Shown here in pieces: positions 47,650 through 64,000 of a DNA stretch of 64,000 nucleotides. Within the stretch, counting starts at the first letter, position 1. Every line of letters begins with the position of its first letter. The translations under genes were made by a program, and so were the position numbers. This stretch comes from the human T2T-CHM13v2.0 reference genome, Homo sapiens. Under the pieces are notes generated by a model. The model was not told the DNA's origin and searched no databases. It was given only the letters and a program-made list of their open reading frames with translations. Location of the stretch: the NCBI RefSeq assembly GCF_009914755.1, contig NC_060932.1; one strand, written 5' to 3'.

Positions 47650-48445
47650 TGTGTTAGTTCTCTAAAGACAAGAGTTCAGAGTTCTGAGTTCTCCAAAGAC
47701 AAGAACTAGTATATGAAGAGGTTTATTATAAGAAACTGGCTCACATGATTACAGAGGCTGGCAACTCCAAAATCTGCTGAGTAGATGTCCTGGTTTGAGT
47801 CTGAAAGCTGGAAGCTGCTGTAGAACCCAGAAGAGCTGATGTCCCAGTGCAAAGGCATCAGGCAGGAGAGTTCAGTCTTACCAGGGTCAGTCTTTTATTC
47901 TATTCAGCCCTTCAACTGATTGGGTGAGGCCCACCCACATTATGTCTGCTTTACTCAAGACAACTACTAATTTAAATGTTAATTTCATGTAAAACACTGA
48001 TATGGCTGGGCTGTGACCCCACCCAAATCTCATCTTGAATTGTAGCTTCCATAATTCCTTCGTGCTGTGGGAGGGACTCAGTGGGAGATAATTGAATCAT
48101 GGAGGTGGTTTCCACCATACTGTTCTCATGGTAGTGAATAAGTCTCACAAGGTCTGATGGCTTTATAAGGGGAAACCCCTTTCACTTGGCTCTCATTCTT
48201 CTTGTCTGCTGCCATATGAGATGTACCTTTCACCCTCCACCATGATTGTGAGGCCTCTCCAGCCACATGGAACTGTGAGTTCATTAAATCTCTTTCTTTT
48301 GTAAATTGCTTAGTCTTGGGTATGTCTTTATCAGCAGCCTGAAAACGGACTAACACACCCTCACAAAAACACCCAGAATAATGTTTGACTGACCATCTGG
48401 GCACCTTGAGGCCCTGTCAACTTGATGCATAAAATGAACATCTCA
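47650..48445. mobile_element. MLT2-type ERVL LTR split by THE1
   Basis: tttattataagaaactggctcacatgattacagaggctg...cttcaactgattgggtgaggcccacccacattatg...aaacacccagaataatgtttgac. Confidence 0.75.
47998..48357 (+). mobile_element. THE1 (MaLR) solo LTR
   Basis: TGATATGG..CCCACCCAAATCTCATCTTGAATTGTAGC..TAATTGAATCATGG..CAGCAGCCTGAAAACGGACTAA. Confidence 0.9.
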
Positions 48446-49146
48446 GGCAGCTCTTGCTTTCTCAGTTACAACAGGCCCCGATCCTGGCCTTTGGGTTATT
48501 TGTTGTTTGATATATACAGAAATTAAACCCAAATTTAAAAAAAAAGGGACTGAAATCTCAATTCCTAACCATGGCATTATTTTTACATTTATACCATTCT
48601 GATGCCTGTTTACCACATTTTGTGTGCATTCTTTTTACTGGTCTCTGGTCATCTGTCTCCCATTCTTCACAAGAATTGTTCCAAATCTTCTCCCCTTTTC
48701 ACAGGGTCCCTTTCCAAAACTCCAGCTCTTTTGTGCTTTGCTTAAGATCTGGCCTCTTCCCAGATAGGAGAGGTTGTTTACCTTGCTAAGGTCACACAGC
48801 TACTGTATGGTAAGACTGGGATTTAATTTGAAGCAGTTGGTCTTGGTAGTCATGGGAGCCCACTGGGTGCTGGGTGCTGGGCACTGTGCCACGTGCTAAA
48901 TGCCCCAGACTTCCCCATGCTGGGTCCTCCTCGTGCTGGGAGGGTGTGTACTCTTCCAGCCAGCATGCCCTGCCCCTTCTGCATGCCACACTCTGCTCTG
49001 ATCTTCAGCCCAGCACCCGTCCCTCTGCACACAGGCCTTTGGCGCTTTGTTTGCTCCTATGATTTTCTGCTATTTTCTGTTTAATTCTCTCCTTTTTATT
49101 TGCATTATATAAACAGTTCTGTTTCTTTCATTAAGAAAACACCTCT

Positions 49147-49440
49147 CACAGGCACAGTGGCTCACATCTATAATCTTAGCACTTTGGGAGGCTGAGGTGG
49201 GAGGATTGCTTGAGCCCAGGAGTTCAAGACCAGTCTGAGTAACATAGTGAGACCCCATCTCTATTAAAAAAAAAAATTAGCCAGGCGTAGTGGTGCACAC
49301 CTGTAGTCTCAGCTACTCAAGAGGCTGAGACAGGAGGATGGTTTGAGCCCAGGAGGTTGAGGCTGCAGTGAGCCAGGATCACATCACTGCACTCCAGCCT
49401 GGGTGACAGAACCAGACCCTGTCTCAAAAAAAAAAAAAAA
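49147..49440 (+). mobile_element. AluJ-type just upstream of the NUMT
   Basis: Full dimer with A-tail. Confidence 0.9.
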
Positions 49441-49559
49441 GACAGCCCTTTTCTCTGACCCCTATGTCCCTCTCATTTGAGGAACTATCTATCTTTTCAT
49501 TTTCCTCCACATTCTTTATTCTTTTTAACCTCCAAAGAGGCCCTCCACCTGCATTACGT

Positions 49560-50620
49560 GCCTTGCCCCATTAATAATGTACTAGTGCTATGTATGCTTG
49601 ATTTTACATAAATGTTTTATTGTGCATTAAGGTCCATTCCCCATGCATATGCGCACATAAATTGCACTAATTAGAGTGCACAGCATGTTATATTGCAAGA
49701 TTACATAAAATAGATTCAACACTTGGATATTGTCCAGTACATTAATTCCTTTCTTTTACATAGGACATAATATCATTGATTGTGCATGGCACATTAAGTC
49801 ACATCAAGTCACATCAATCCTTAACAACATGCTTATCACTTCCAATAGGATTTCTTTACCACCAAGCTTTGAGAAACCAGCAACCTACTCAGGAAATGTC
49901 CTTCTTGCTTTGGGCCCATAAAACCTAGGGGCTTCTAGACTTGAAACTATACCTAGCATCTGGTTCTTACTTCAGGGCCATAGATTTGAAACCACTCATT
50001 TGTTCCCCCTAAATAAGACATCTCAGTGACTAATGACTAACTAGCACAAGATGACATGGAACTGTGGGGTCATGCATTTGGTATTTTTTAATTTTGGAGG
50101 GTGCTGTGATCCAACATGGCTGTCAATGCCTTGACACAGTCAGCTAGATCGTAGCTGCGCTTAAATGGAATATTCTTTACTCACATAAAATCATTTGGTG
50201 CTAATTGATTCATCTCAATGGACGTAATAAAAACAAGATATAGACACAGACACATACAAGCAGTTCTTCCTGCCATGTATGATTAACTTTGTAAACCCCT
50301 CTACCCTCCTTAAGCTCTTATAGTATCTGAGTAAGTCTTTTATTCTTGCCAACCCTGCCCAAATAAGAAACCTTGTATCTATTGACTGCTAACTAAGGCT
50401 CCTATATATACTCACATGCTATTAAATTTAGTTATAAGTTCATCTAGCATTAACCCAACTCCTAATTAAAGCATTTTTCAAAAATCCAAACATCAATTAA
50501 AAATTAGGCTTTCTAGGCTAAAAGTTTTTTTCTTACTAAGATTACCAAAAGAGCCCCCAATGCTAACATAGCACATAATTTAGCAGTTTTTTTCCCCAGG
50601 ACAGAATTTTCTAGATATAA
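49560..50620 (+). pseudogene. NUMT mitochondrial control region (D-loop)
   Basis: Central-domain blocks gcatctggttcttacttcagggccat (49956), taaataagacatctc (50010), catgcatttggtattttt (50071); CSB2-like 50293, CSB3-like 50347. Confidence 0.88.
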
Positions 50621-50691
50621 GTCGATGTAGCTCAGTCCACTAAAGTAAGGCACTGAAAATGCCTAGATGAGTTCATGTAACTGCATAAACA
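50621..50691 (+). pseudogene. mt tRNA-Phe pseudogene
   Basis: gatgtagct..aaggcactGAAaatgcctagatg..cataaaca. Confidence 0.92.
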
Positions 50692-51575
50692 CACAGGTTT
50701 GGTTCTGGCCCTTCTATTAATTCTTAGTAAGATTACATGTGCAAGTATCTGCATTGCATGTGTAATCAGCAAAAGAGCAAAAGGAGCAGGCGTCAAGCAC
50801 ACTAATTGGTAGCAACTAACGTCTTGCTCAGCCACACTCCTACAGGAAATAGCAATAATAAAAAGCAATAAACAAAAAGTTTGACTAAACTATGCTAATT
50901 TTCCTTAGGGTCAGTAAATTTTGTGTCAGCCACCACAGTCATAAACCCAAATTAATAAAATCTGAAAAGCACGTTTGTGTTTAGGATAATACAAATAAAC
51001 TACAAAAATGACTTTAATATGATCTGAATACACAATAGCTAAGACCTAAACTGGGATTAAATACCCCACTATGTTTAGCCATAAACTTAAAGTTATTCAC
51101 TAGAGTACTATCAGCAACAGCTTAAAACTCAAAGGACTTGGTGGTATGGTGTTTCCATCCCCCCTAGAGGAGCCTGGTTCATAATTAATAAGCAATGATA
51201 AACCTCACTATTTCTTGTCAATTCAGCCTGTATACTACCATCTTCAGCAAGCCCTAAAAAGGTCATAAAGTAAGCACAAGTACTTACATGGAAACATTAG
51301 GTCAACATGTAGCTTATGAGATGGAAAGAAATGACTTACATTGTCTGATTAAAGTACACCCAACCCATGATAAGCCTTATGAAACTACAGGCCAAAGGAG
51401 GATTTAGTAGTAAATTAAGAATAGAGAGCTTAATTGAATAAGGTTGTGAAGCACACATAGACCGCCCATTACCTTCCTCAAATGCTTCAATAAACTCAAG
51501 TTTATAATTAACACAGACCCATCTATAAGAGGAGATGTCAGAACAAAGAATACTGGAAGGTGTGCTTGGACAAAC
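50692..51575 (+). pseudogene. mt 12S rRNA pseudogene
   Basis: aggtttggt start; aaactgggattaaataccccactatg, cttaaaactcaaaggacttgg, gtgtgcttgga end. Confidence 0.95.
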
Positions 51576-51644
51576 CAAAGTGTAGTTTAACTCAAGGCAC
51601 CTGGCTTATGCCTGGAAGATTTCATATTAATCTGACCACTTTGA
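51576..51644 (+). pseudogene. mt tRNA-Val pseudogene
   Basis: caaagtgtagtttaa...gaagatttca...accactttga between 12S and 16S. Confidence 0.88.
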
Positions 51645-53517
51645 ACTAAAACTAACAAAATTTAACAACTACATACACATTTTAACCAAAACATTATTTA
51701 CAACAGGGAGGATAGGAGATGATAGAAATTTATTTAGATGCTATAGAAAAAGTACTGTAAGGGAAAGATGAAAGAATAAACTGAAAAAAAAAAAAAAAAC
51801 AAAGCTTACCCCTTATGCCTTTTGCATAATGAATTAACTAGAACAATTTTACAAAGAAAACTTTAGCTAAAAACCCCAAAACCAGATGAGCTACTCATGG
51901 ACAGTTACAAGAACAAACTTGTTCATGTGGTGAAATTGTGAGAATATCCTTGAGTAGAGGTAAAATGCCAGTCGAGCTGGGTGAGCGCTGAATTTCAATT
52001 CAACCTTAAATTTACCTAAAGAAATATTTAACCTTAATGTAAATTTAAACGTTAATCTAAAGAGGGACAACACTTTAGAAACAGGAAACAACCTTTTATA
52101 GAATGTAAACTATTAAATTCTCATAATTGGCCTAAAAGCAGCCACCAATTAAGAAAGGGTTCAAGCTCAACAATCAATATCTTAATTCCAACTATTTATA
52201 TAAACTCCTAATATTTTACTGGACTAACCTATGTATAAATAGAGGTGATTCTGTTTATATAAGTAACAAGAAAAAATGTATCGTTGCATAAGCTTATATT
52301 GGATACAATAGCATTCCTAATGTTAGCTGATAGTTACCAACTCAATAAATTAAACCGATCAATTGACTGTTTATCCAAACAAATATTGCAGGGTTCAGTG
52401 GCTCACACCTATAATTCCAATGTTTTAGGAGTCCAAGGTGGGAGGATTGTTTGAGGCCAGGAGTTCCAGACCCCATCTTTACAAAAAATAAGCCAAATAG
52501 CCAGGTGTGGTGGCATGTGCCTGTAGTCTTCACTACTTGGGAAACTGAGGTAGGAGGATCCCTTGGGCCCAGAGTTGGAGGTTGCAGTGAGCCATGATCA
52601 TGCCACTTGCACTCCATTCTGGGTGACAGAGTGGGACCTTTTCTCTAAAAAACAAAAAAGACCAATTGTTAATCCTACACAGGCATCCACTACTGCACTA
52701 CTTAAGGAAAGATTAAAGAAACTAAAAGGAGCTCAGCAAATACAAACCCTGCCTATTTACCAAAAACATTACCTCTCATATAACTAGTATCAGACTAGTA
52801 TGTCACCTGCCTTGTGACACATGTTTAACAGCTGCAGTATTGTGACCAGTGCAAAGGTAGCATAATCATTTGTTCCCTAAATAGGGACTTGTATGAATGA
52901 CCACAAGAGGGTTCAAGTTTCTCTTACTTCCAATTAGTGAAATTGACCTTCCTGCCCCTGCGGAAAGGCAGGGATATTAAAATAAAACAAGAAGACCCTA
53001 TGGAACGTAAATGAATTAGTCTACATAACACAACTTTAACCTAACTATTCAAAGGAATAACACCTAATCTACCAGACTAAAAATTTTGGTTGAGGTGACT
53101 TCAGAATACAACACAACATCCAAATGATTAAAATCTAGACTAGACCAGTCAAAGTAACATAATCGCTTATTAACCTAAGCAATTTAATCAATGGAACAAA
53201 TTACCCTAGGGATAACAACACAACCCTATTTTAGAGTTTGTTATCAACAACAGGGTTTGCAACCTCAATGTTGGATCAGGACATTCCAAAGGTGTAACTA
53301 CTATTAATGAATGGTTCGTTTGTTCAATAATTAAAGTCCTATGTGGTCTGAGTTCAGACCGGAGCAATCCAGATCTATTTCTACCTATTCAGTATTTCTC
53401 TTAGTACAAAAGAATAAGAGAAATAGAGCCCATTTCAAAAAACTTCCTCAATTTTAATAGGTTATATATAATCTCAACCTAATATACTATTAAATGTCCT
53501 GCCAAGAACAAGGGCTT
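51645..53517 (+). pseudogene. mt 16S rRNA pseudogene (Alu inserted ~52387-52659)
   Basis: gcaaaggtagcataatca, gaagaccctatgga, ttaccctagggataaca, atgttggatcaggaca, ctgagttcagaccgg. Confidence 0.95.
52387..52659 (+). mobile_element. AluJ-type inserted in NUMT 16S
   Basis: Diverged Alu (ggaggattgtttgaggcc, gagccatgatcatgcca) with 16S sequence on both sides. Confidence 0.88.
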
Positions 53518-53587
53518 ATTAAGATGGCAGAGCCCAGTTATTGCATAAAACTTAAAACTTTACAATCAGCTCAACTCCTTCTTAACA
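53518..53587 (+). pseudogene. mt tRNA-Leu(UUR) pseudogene
   Basis: ttaagatggcagagccc..gcataaaacTTAAaacttta..cttaaca. Confidence 0.92.
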
Positions 53588-53589
53588 GC

Positions 53590-56727
<3,138 letters not shown>

Positions 56728-56734
56728 TCTACCT

Positions 56735-59205
<2,471 letters not shown>

Positions 59206-59452
59206 ATGGCATACCCATTCCAATTAGGCTTTCAAGATGCAACATCACCTGTGATAGAACTTCTACACTTCCATGATTACACTTTAATCATCATTTTCTT
59301 AATTAGCTCTTCAGTCCTTTGTATCATTTCATTAATAGTAACAACTAAACTAGCCCACATGAGTACTGTAGATACTCAAGAAGTAAAAACTGCATGAACT
59401 ACCCTACTGATATTTTAATCCTAACTGCTTTACCACCTTTACAAATCCTATA
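59206..59452 (+). pseudogene. COX2 pseudogene, 5' part
   Basis: [37 protein letters not shown]. Confidence 0.95.
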
Positions 59453-59542
59453 TAGGCATACCTCAGAAATATTATGGGTTTGGTTCCAGACCACTGCAAT
59501 AAAGTGAGTCACATGAATTTTTTGGTTCCCCAGTGCATATAA

Positions 59543-59916
<374 letters not shown>

Positions 59917-60353
59917 TTAAAAAGTACGCACCTTAATTTAAAAATACTTTATTGCTAAAAAATACTAACCATCATCCGAGCCTTCAGTGAGTCATAATCT
60001 TTTTGCTGATGGAGGGTCTTGGCTCAGTGTTGAAGTGTTGGTGGCTACTGACCAATCAGGATGGTAGTTGCTGAAGGCTGGGGTGGCTGTGGCAATTTAT
60101 TAAAATAAGAGAACAATGAAATTGGCCACATTGACTCTTTCCTTCACAAAAGATTTCCGTAGCATGTGATGCTATTTGATAGCATTATATCCATAGTAGA
60201 CAGTCTTTCAAAATTGGAGTCAAAGCCTGCTGCTGTTTTATCAACTAAGTTATGTAATATTCTAAATCCTTTGTTGTCATTTCAACATTGTTCACAGCAT
60301 CTTCACCAGGAGTAGATTCCATCATAAGAAACACTTTCTCTACTCAACCATAA

Positions 60354-60853
<500 letters not shown>

Positions 60854-61299
60854 TTGGTATTTTGAACTCCTTCCATGAATCACAAATGTTCTTAATGGCA
60901 TCTAGCATGGTAAATCCTTTCCAGAAAGTTTTCAATTTACTTGGCCCAGATCCATCAGATGCATCACTCTCTATGGCAGCTGTAGTCTTACAAAATGTAT
61001 TTCTTAAATAATAAGACTAGAAAGTTGAAATTACTCCTTGATCCATGGGCTGCAGAATGGATATTGTATTAGTAGGCACAAAAACAACATTTAATCTCCT
61101 TGTACATGCCCATCAGAGCTCTTGGGTGACCAGATGCATTGTCAATAAACAGTAATATTTTGAAAGGAATTTTTTTTTCTGAGCAGTAGGTCTCAACAGG
61201 GGGCTTAAAATATTCAGTAAACAATGGTGTAAACAGATGTGCTGTCATCCAATTTTTGTTCCATTTGTGGAGCACAGGCAGAAATAATTTAGCATAATT

Positions 61300-61641
61300 T
61301 TTTAAATTATTTATTTATTTTTGAGACAAGATCTCACTGTGTCGCCCAGGCTGGGGTGCAGTGGTGTGATCAAAGCTCACTGCAACCTCAAACTCCTAGT
61401 CTCAAGGAAGCCTCCCTCCTCAGCCTCCTAAGTAGCTAGGACTACAGGTGTGTGCCACCATGCCAAGCTAATTGTTTTTTTAAAAAAATTTTTGCAGACA
61501 TAGGGTCTTGTTATGTTGCCCAGGCTGGTCTTAAATATCTGGCCTCAAGTGATCCTCCTGCCTCAGCATCCCAAAGTGCTGAGATTACAGGTATAAGCCA
61601 CTGTGCCCAGCCTATATAATACATATATGTGTGTGTGTGTG

Positions 61642-61690
<49 letters not shown>

Positions 61691-61830
61691 TTTTTTTTGA
61701 CATGTAGTCTTGCTATGTTGCCTAGGTTGGTCTTGAACTCTTGGGCTCAAGCAATCCTCCCACCTCAGCCTCTCAGGTAGTTGCAATTACAGTAGCTAGA
61801 ATTACAGGCATGCACCACTGTGCCTGGCTC
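61300..61830 (-). mobile_element. AluJ, (TA/TG)n tract (~61613-61689) and a further Alu fragment nested in Tigger1
   Basis: Antisense Alu bodies separated by dinucleotide repeats. Confidence 0.85.
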
Positions 61831-62361
61831 TTTGATTTAGCATAGTTCTTAAGGACTCTAGGATTTTTGGAATAATAAATGAGCATTGACTTCATCTTAA
61901 AGTCAACAGCTGCATTAGCCCCTAACAAGTAGGTCAGCCTGTCCTTTGAAGCTTTGAAGCCAGACATTGTCTTCTTCTGTCTAGCTATGAAAGTTCTAGA
62001 TGGCATCCTCTTCCAATAGAAGGCCATGTTGTCTACACTGAAAAATCTGTTGTTTAGTGTAGCCACCCTCATCAATGATCTTAGCTAGATTTTCTGGATA
62101 ACTTGCTGCAGTTTCTCTATCAGCACTTGCTACTTCACCTTGCACTTTTACATTATGAAGATGGCTTCTTTCCTTATACCCCATGAACCAACCTTTGCTG
62201 GCTTCCAACTTTTCTTCTGCAGTTTCCTTACCTCTCTCAACTTCATAGAATTGAAGAGAGTTAGGACTTTGCCCTGGATCAGGCTTTGGCTTAAGGGAAT
62301 GTTGTGGCTGGTTTGATCTTTATCCAGACCCCTCAAACTTTCTCCATATGAGCAATAAGGC

Positions 62362-62460
62362 TCCCTTCCTTCCCTCCCACCTTCCCTCCCTTCCCCCTCC
62401 CTCCCTCCCTCCCTTCCTTCCTTCACTCCTTCCTTCTTTTCTCCCTCCCTCCCTTCCCGA
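62362..62460. repeat. (CCTT/CCCT)n polypyrimidine tract
   Basis: ccttccttccctcccaccttccctcc... Confidence 0.85.
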
Positions 62461-63202
62461 CCCCCACATTTCTCTTATGTGAAGTGAAGCAGTGGGAGTG
62501 GAGAAGGAACAAAGAATAACTGGTTTTAAGTAATTAGTTATAAGCATGAGCATACTTAGATCAGCCTGGTTTCCTTTCTTATTATTCATGTATTCACTGG
62601 AGTAGCACCTTAAATTTTTTAAAAAACTTCTTTTGCATTCCCAACTTGGCTAACTGATGCAAGAGGCCTTGCTTTCAGCTTCAACATACCTTTGTCACTA
62701 AGCTCAATCATTTCTGGCTTTTGATTTAAAGTGAGAGATGTGCAACTTTTCCTTTCACTTGAACACTTGTAGGCTTATAAGTTAGTAACCCTTATTGTAG
62801 GGTTACTAACTGATGTAATTTTAATATTGTGCCTCAGGGAATAGGGAGGCCGGAGCAGGGGAAGAGGGATGGGGAAACAGCTGGTTGGTGGAGTAGTCAG
62901 AACATACAACGTTGATCAATTAAGTTTGCCATCTTATAGGGTGCAGTTTGTGGCACCCCAAAACAATTACAACAACAACATCAAAGATTACTGATCACAG
63001 ATCACCATGATAGATATAATTATATGAAAAAGTTTGAAATATTGTGAGAATTACCAAAATGTGACACAGAGACGTGAAGTAAGCACGTGCTGTTGGAAAA
63101 TGGACTTGATCAATGCAGGGTTTTCACACACCCCCAATTTATTAAAATCACAATATTTGCACAGCACAATAAAATGAAGTACAATAAAATGGGGTATGTT
63201 TA

Positions 63203-63331
63203 TACATAAGAGATCAAATTAATAACTTCCAACTGCAACAGCCATAGGCCACCAATGATGTTGAAGTTATTAACATATAGAGTGTAAGGAATTGAACTTT
63301 GATTCTTACATAATTCCTGCAACAGACCTAA
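63203..63331 (+). pseudogene. COX2 pseudogene continuation after Tigger1
   Basis: TAC ATA..att aat aac..ata ggc cac caa tga..tga agt tat..ttt gat tct tac ata att cct (GHQW.WSY..FDSYMIP in mito code). Confidence 0.88.
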
Positions 63332-63604
63332 TGGTAATGAACTGGGGGAAATCCAGCAAGCCCTGTTCAGATTCATTTCTGTGTCCCCTTGTCTTCAGGG
63401 ATGAGAACGTTCCTTTCCTCTGGGTATAGGGAGGGCATCTCTTTTGTGTCCTACTTCAGGGGGAGGTCAGAAAATCCTTCCTAGGTTTTATGGCCTGCTT
63501 CATGGGAGAAGGGTGGAGGAAGGTGAGAGTGACCTTCCTGCTCCTGCTGTTTTCTCAAGTGCCAAGATGCCATAATTCAGGGTAGCGTATCCTGATTCTC
63601 ATCA
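63332..63604 (-). mobile_element. ERV1 LTR fragment (MER31-like) bounding the NUMT on the right
   Basis: Minus strand begins TGATGAGAATCAGGATACGCTACCCTGAATTATGGCATCTTGGCACTTGAGAAAACAGCAGGAGCAGGAAGGTCAC. Confidence 0.65.
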
Positions 63605-64000
63605 GCTATTTATTAAAACATAGAGCAAAACTTCATCTTTCTAAATAGACCTATGTGTATGTAAATGCCTAGGAAAGGCCTAGAAAGCACTCTCTGCTGG
63701 GAAGGGACCCAGGGTGGGAGTGAAGAGTGGGCCACAAGGACTTCTACTTGACCTCTATGGTGGGCATTTTTTATAGTGAGACTCTATTTGAGTGTAGTAT
63801 TATTTTCTTAATCAAAACTTTTTTTCTTAAGTAAAGAAAGAAGGAATAAAATATTACAAAGCCTGCTATTATAATATACTCTATAACATGGAAATTTGTT
63901 TTATTCTCCTTAGCACAATTCAATTATTATAACTGACTTAAAAATATCCTTTGTATTAATCCTTATTAATTTATAATTACCATTTAATCCAGTGTTTTTT

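Noticed and set aside
52040-52125. SHLP2 homologue on the minus strand of 16S
   Set aside because: The equivalent ATG is followed by AGA ATT TAA, an immediate stop.
61069-62208. Possible domesticated TIGD-like transposase
   Set aside because: The transposase is split across frames and interrupted by Alus; no continuous ORF.

Overview
Human (primate) genomic DNA, AT-rich and Alu-dense. Bases ~1-41,000 hold the + strand body of ATP6V1C1 (V-ATPase V1 subunit C1). Its 12 coding exons all have GT-AG junctions and splice into a 1,149-nt ORF (382 aa, [14 protein letters not shown]...IDCNLLEFK*), followed by a ~4.3-kb 3'UTR with several AATAAA signals. The non-coding first exon and promoter lie upstream of the window. 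After ~8.5 kb of intergenic repeats (MER3, L1M, MLT2/THE1 LTRs) comes a large, very old nuclear-mitochondrial insertion (NUMT, ~49,560-63,331). It is collinear with mtDNA from the control region through tRNA-Phe, 12S, Val, 16S, Leu, ND1, I-Q-M, ND2, WANCY/OL, COX1, Ser, Asp and into COX2. It shows non-anthropoid (ancestral mammalian-like) sequence states and heavy CpG decay. It is interrupted by five Alus and by a Tigger1 transposon with both ends intact (itself carrying an AluYa5), and contains an ectopic copy of the COX2 5' end inside COX1. Its rRNA pseudogenes keep open humanin-like (27 aa), MOTS-c-like (10 aa) and SHLP6-like (9 aa) micro-ORFs, downstream of a sense THE1 LTR with a DUX4-type motif. 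This is the most intriguing candidate, but it is unproven. Repeat subfamily calls were made by eye from remembered consensus sequences and their boundaries are approximate.
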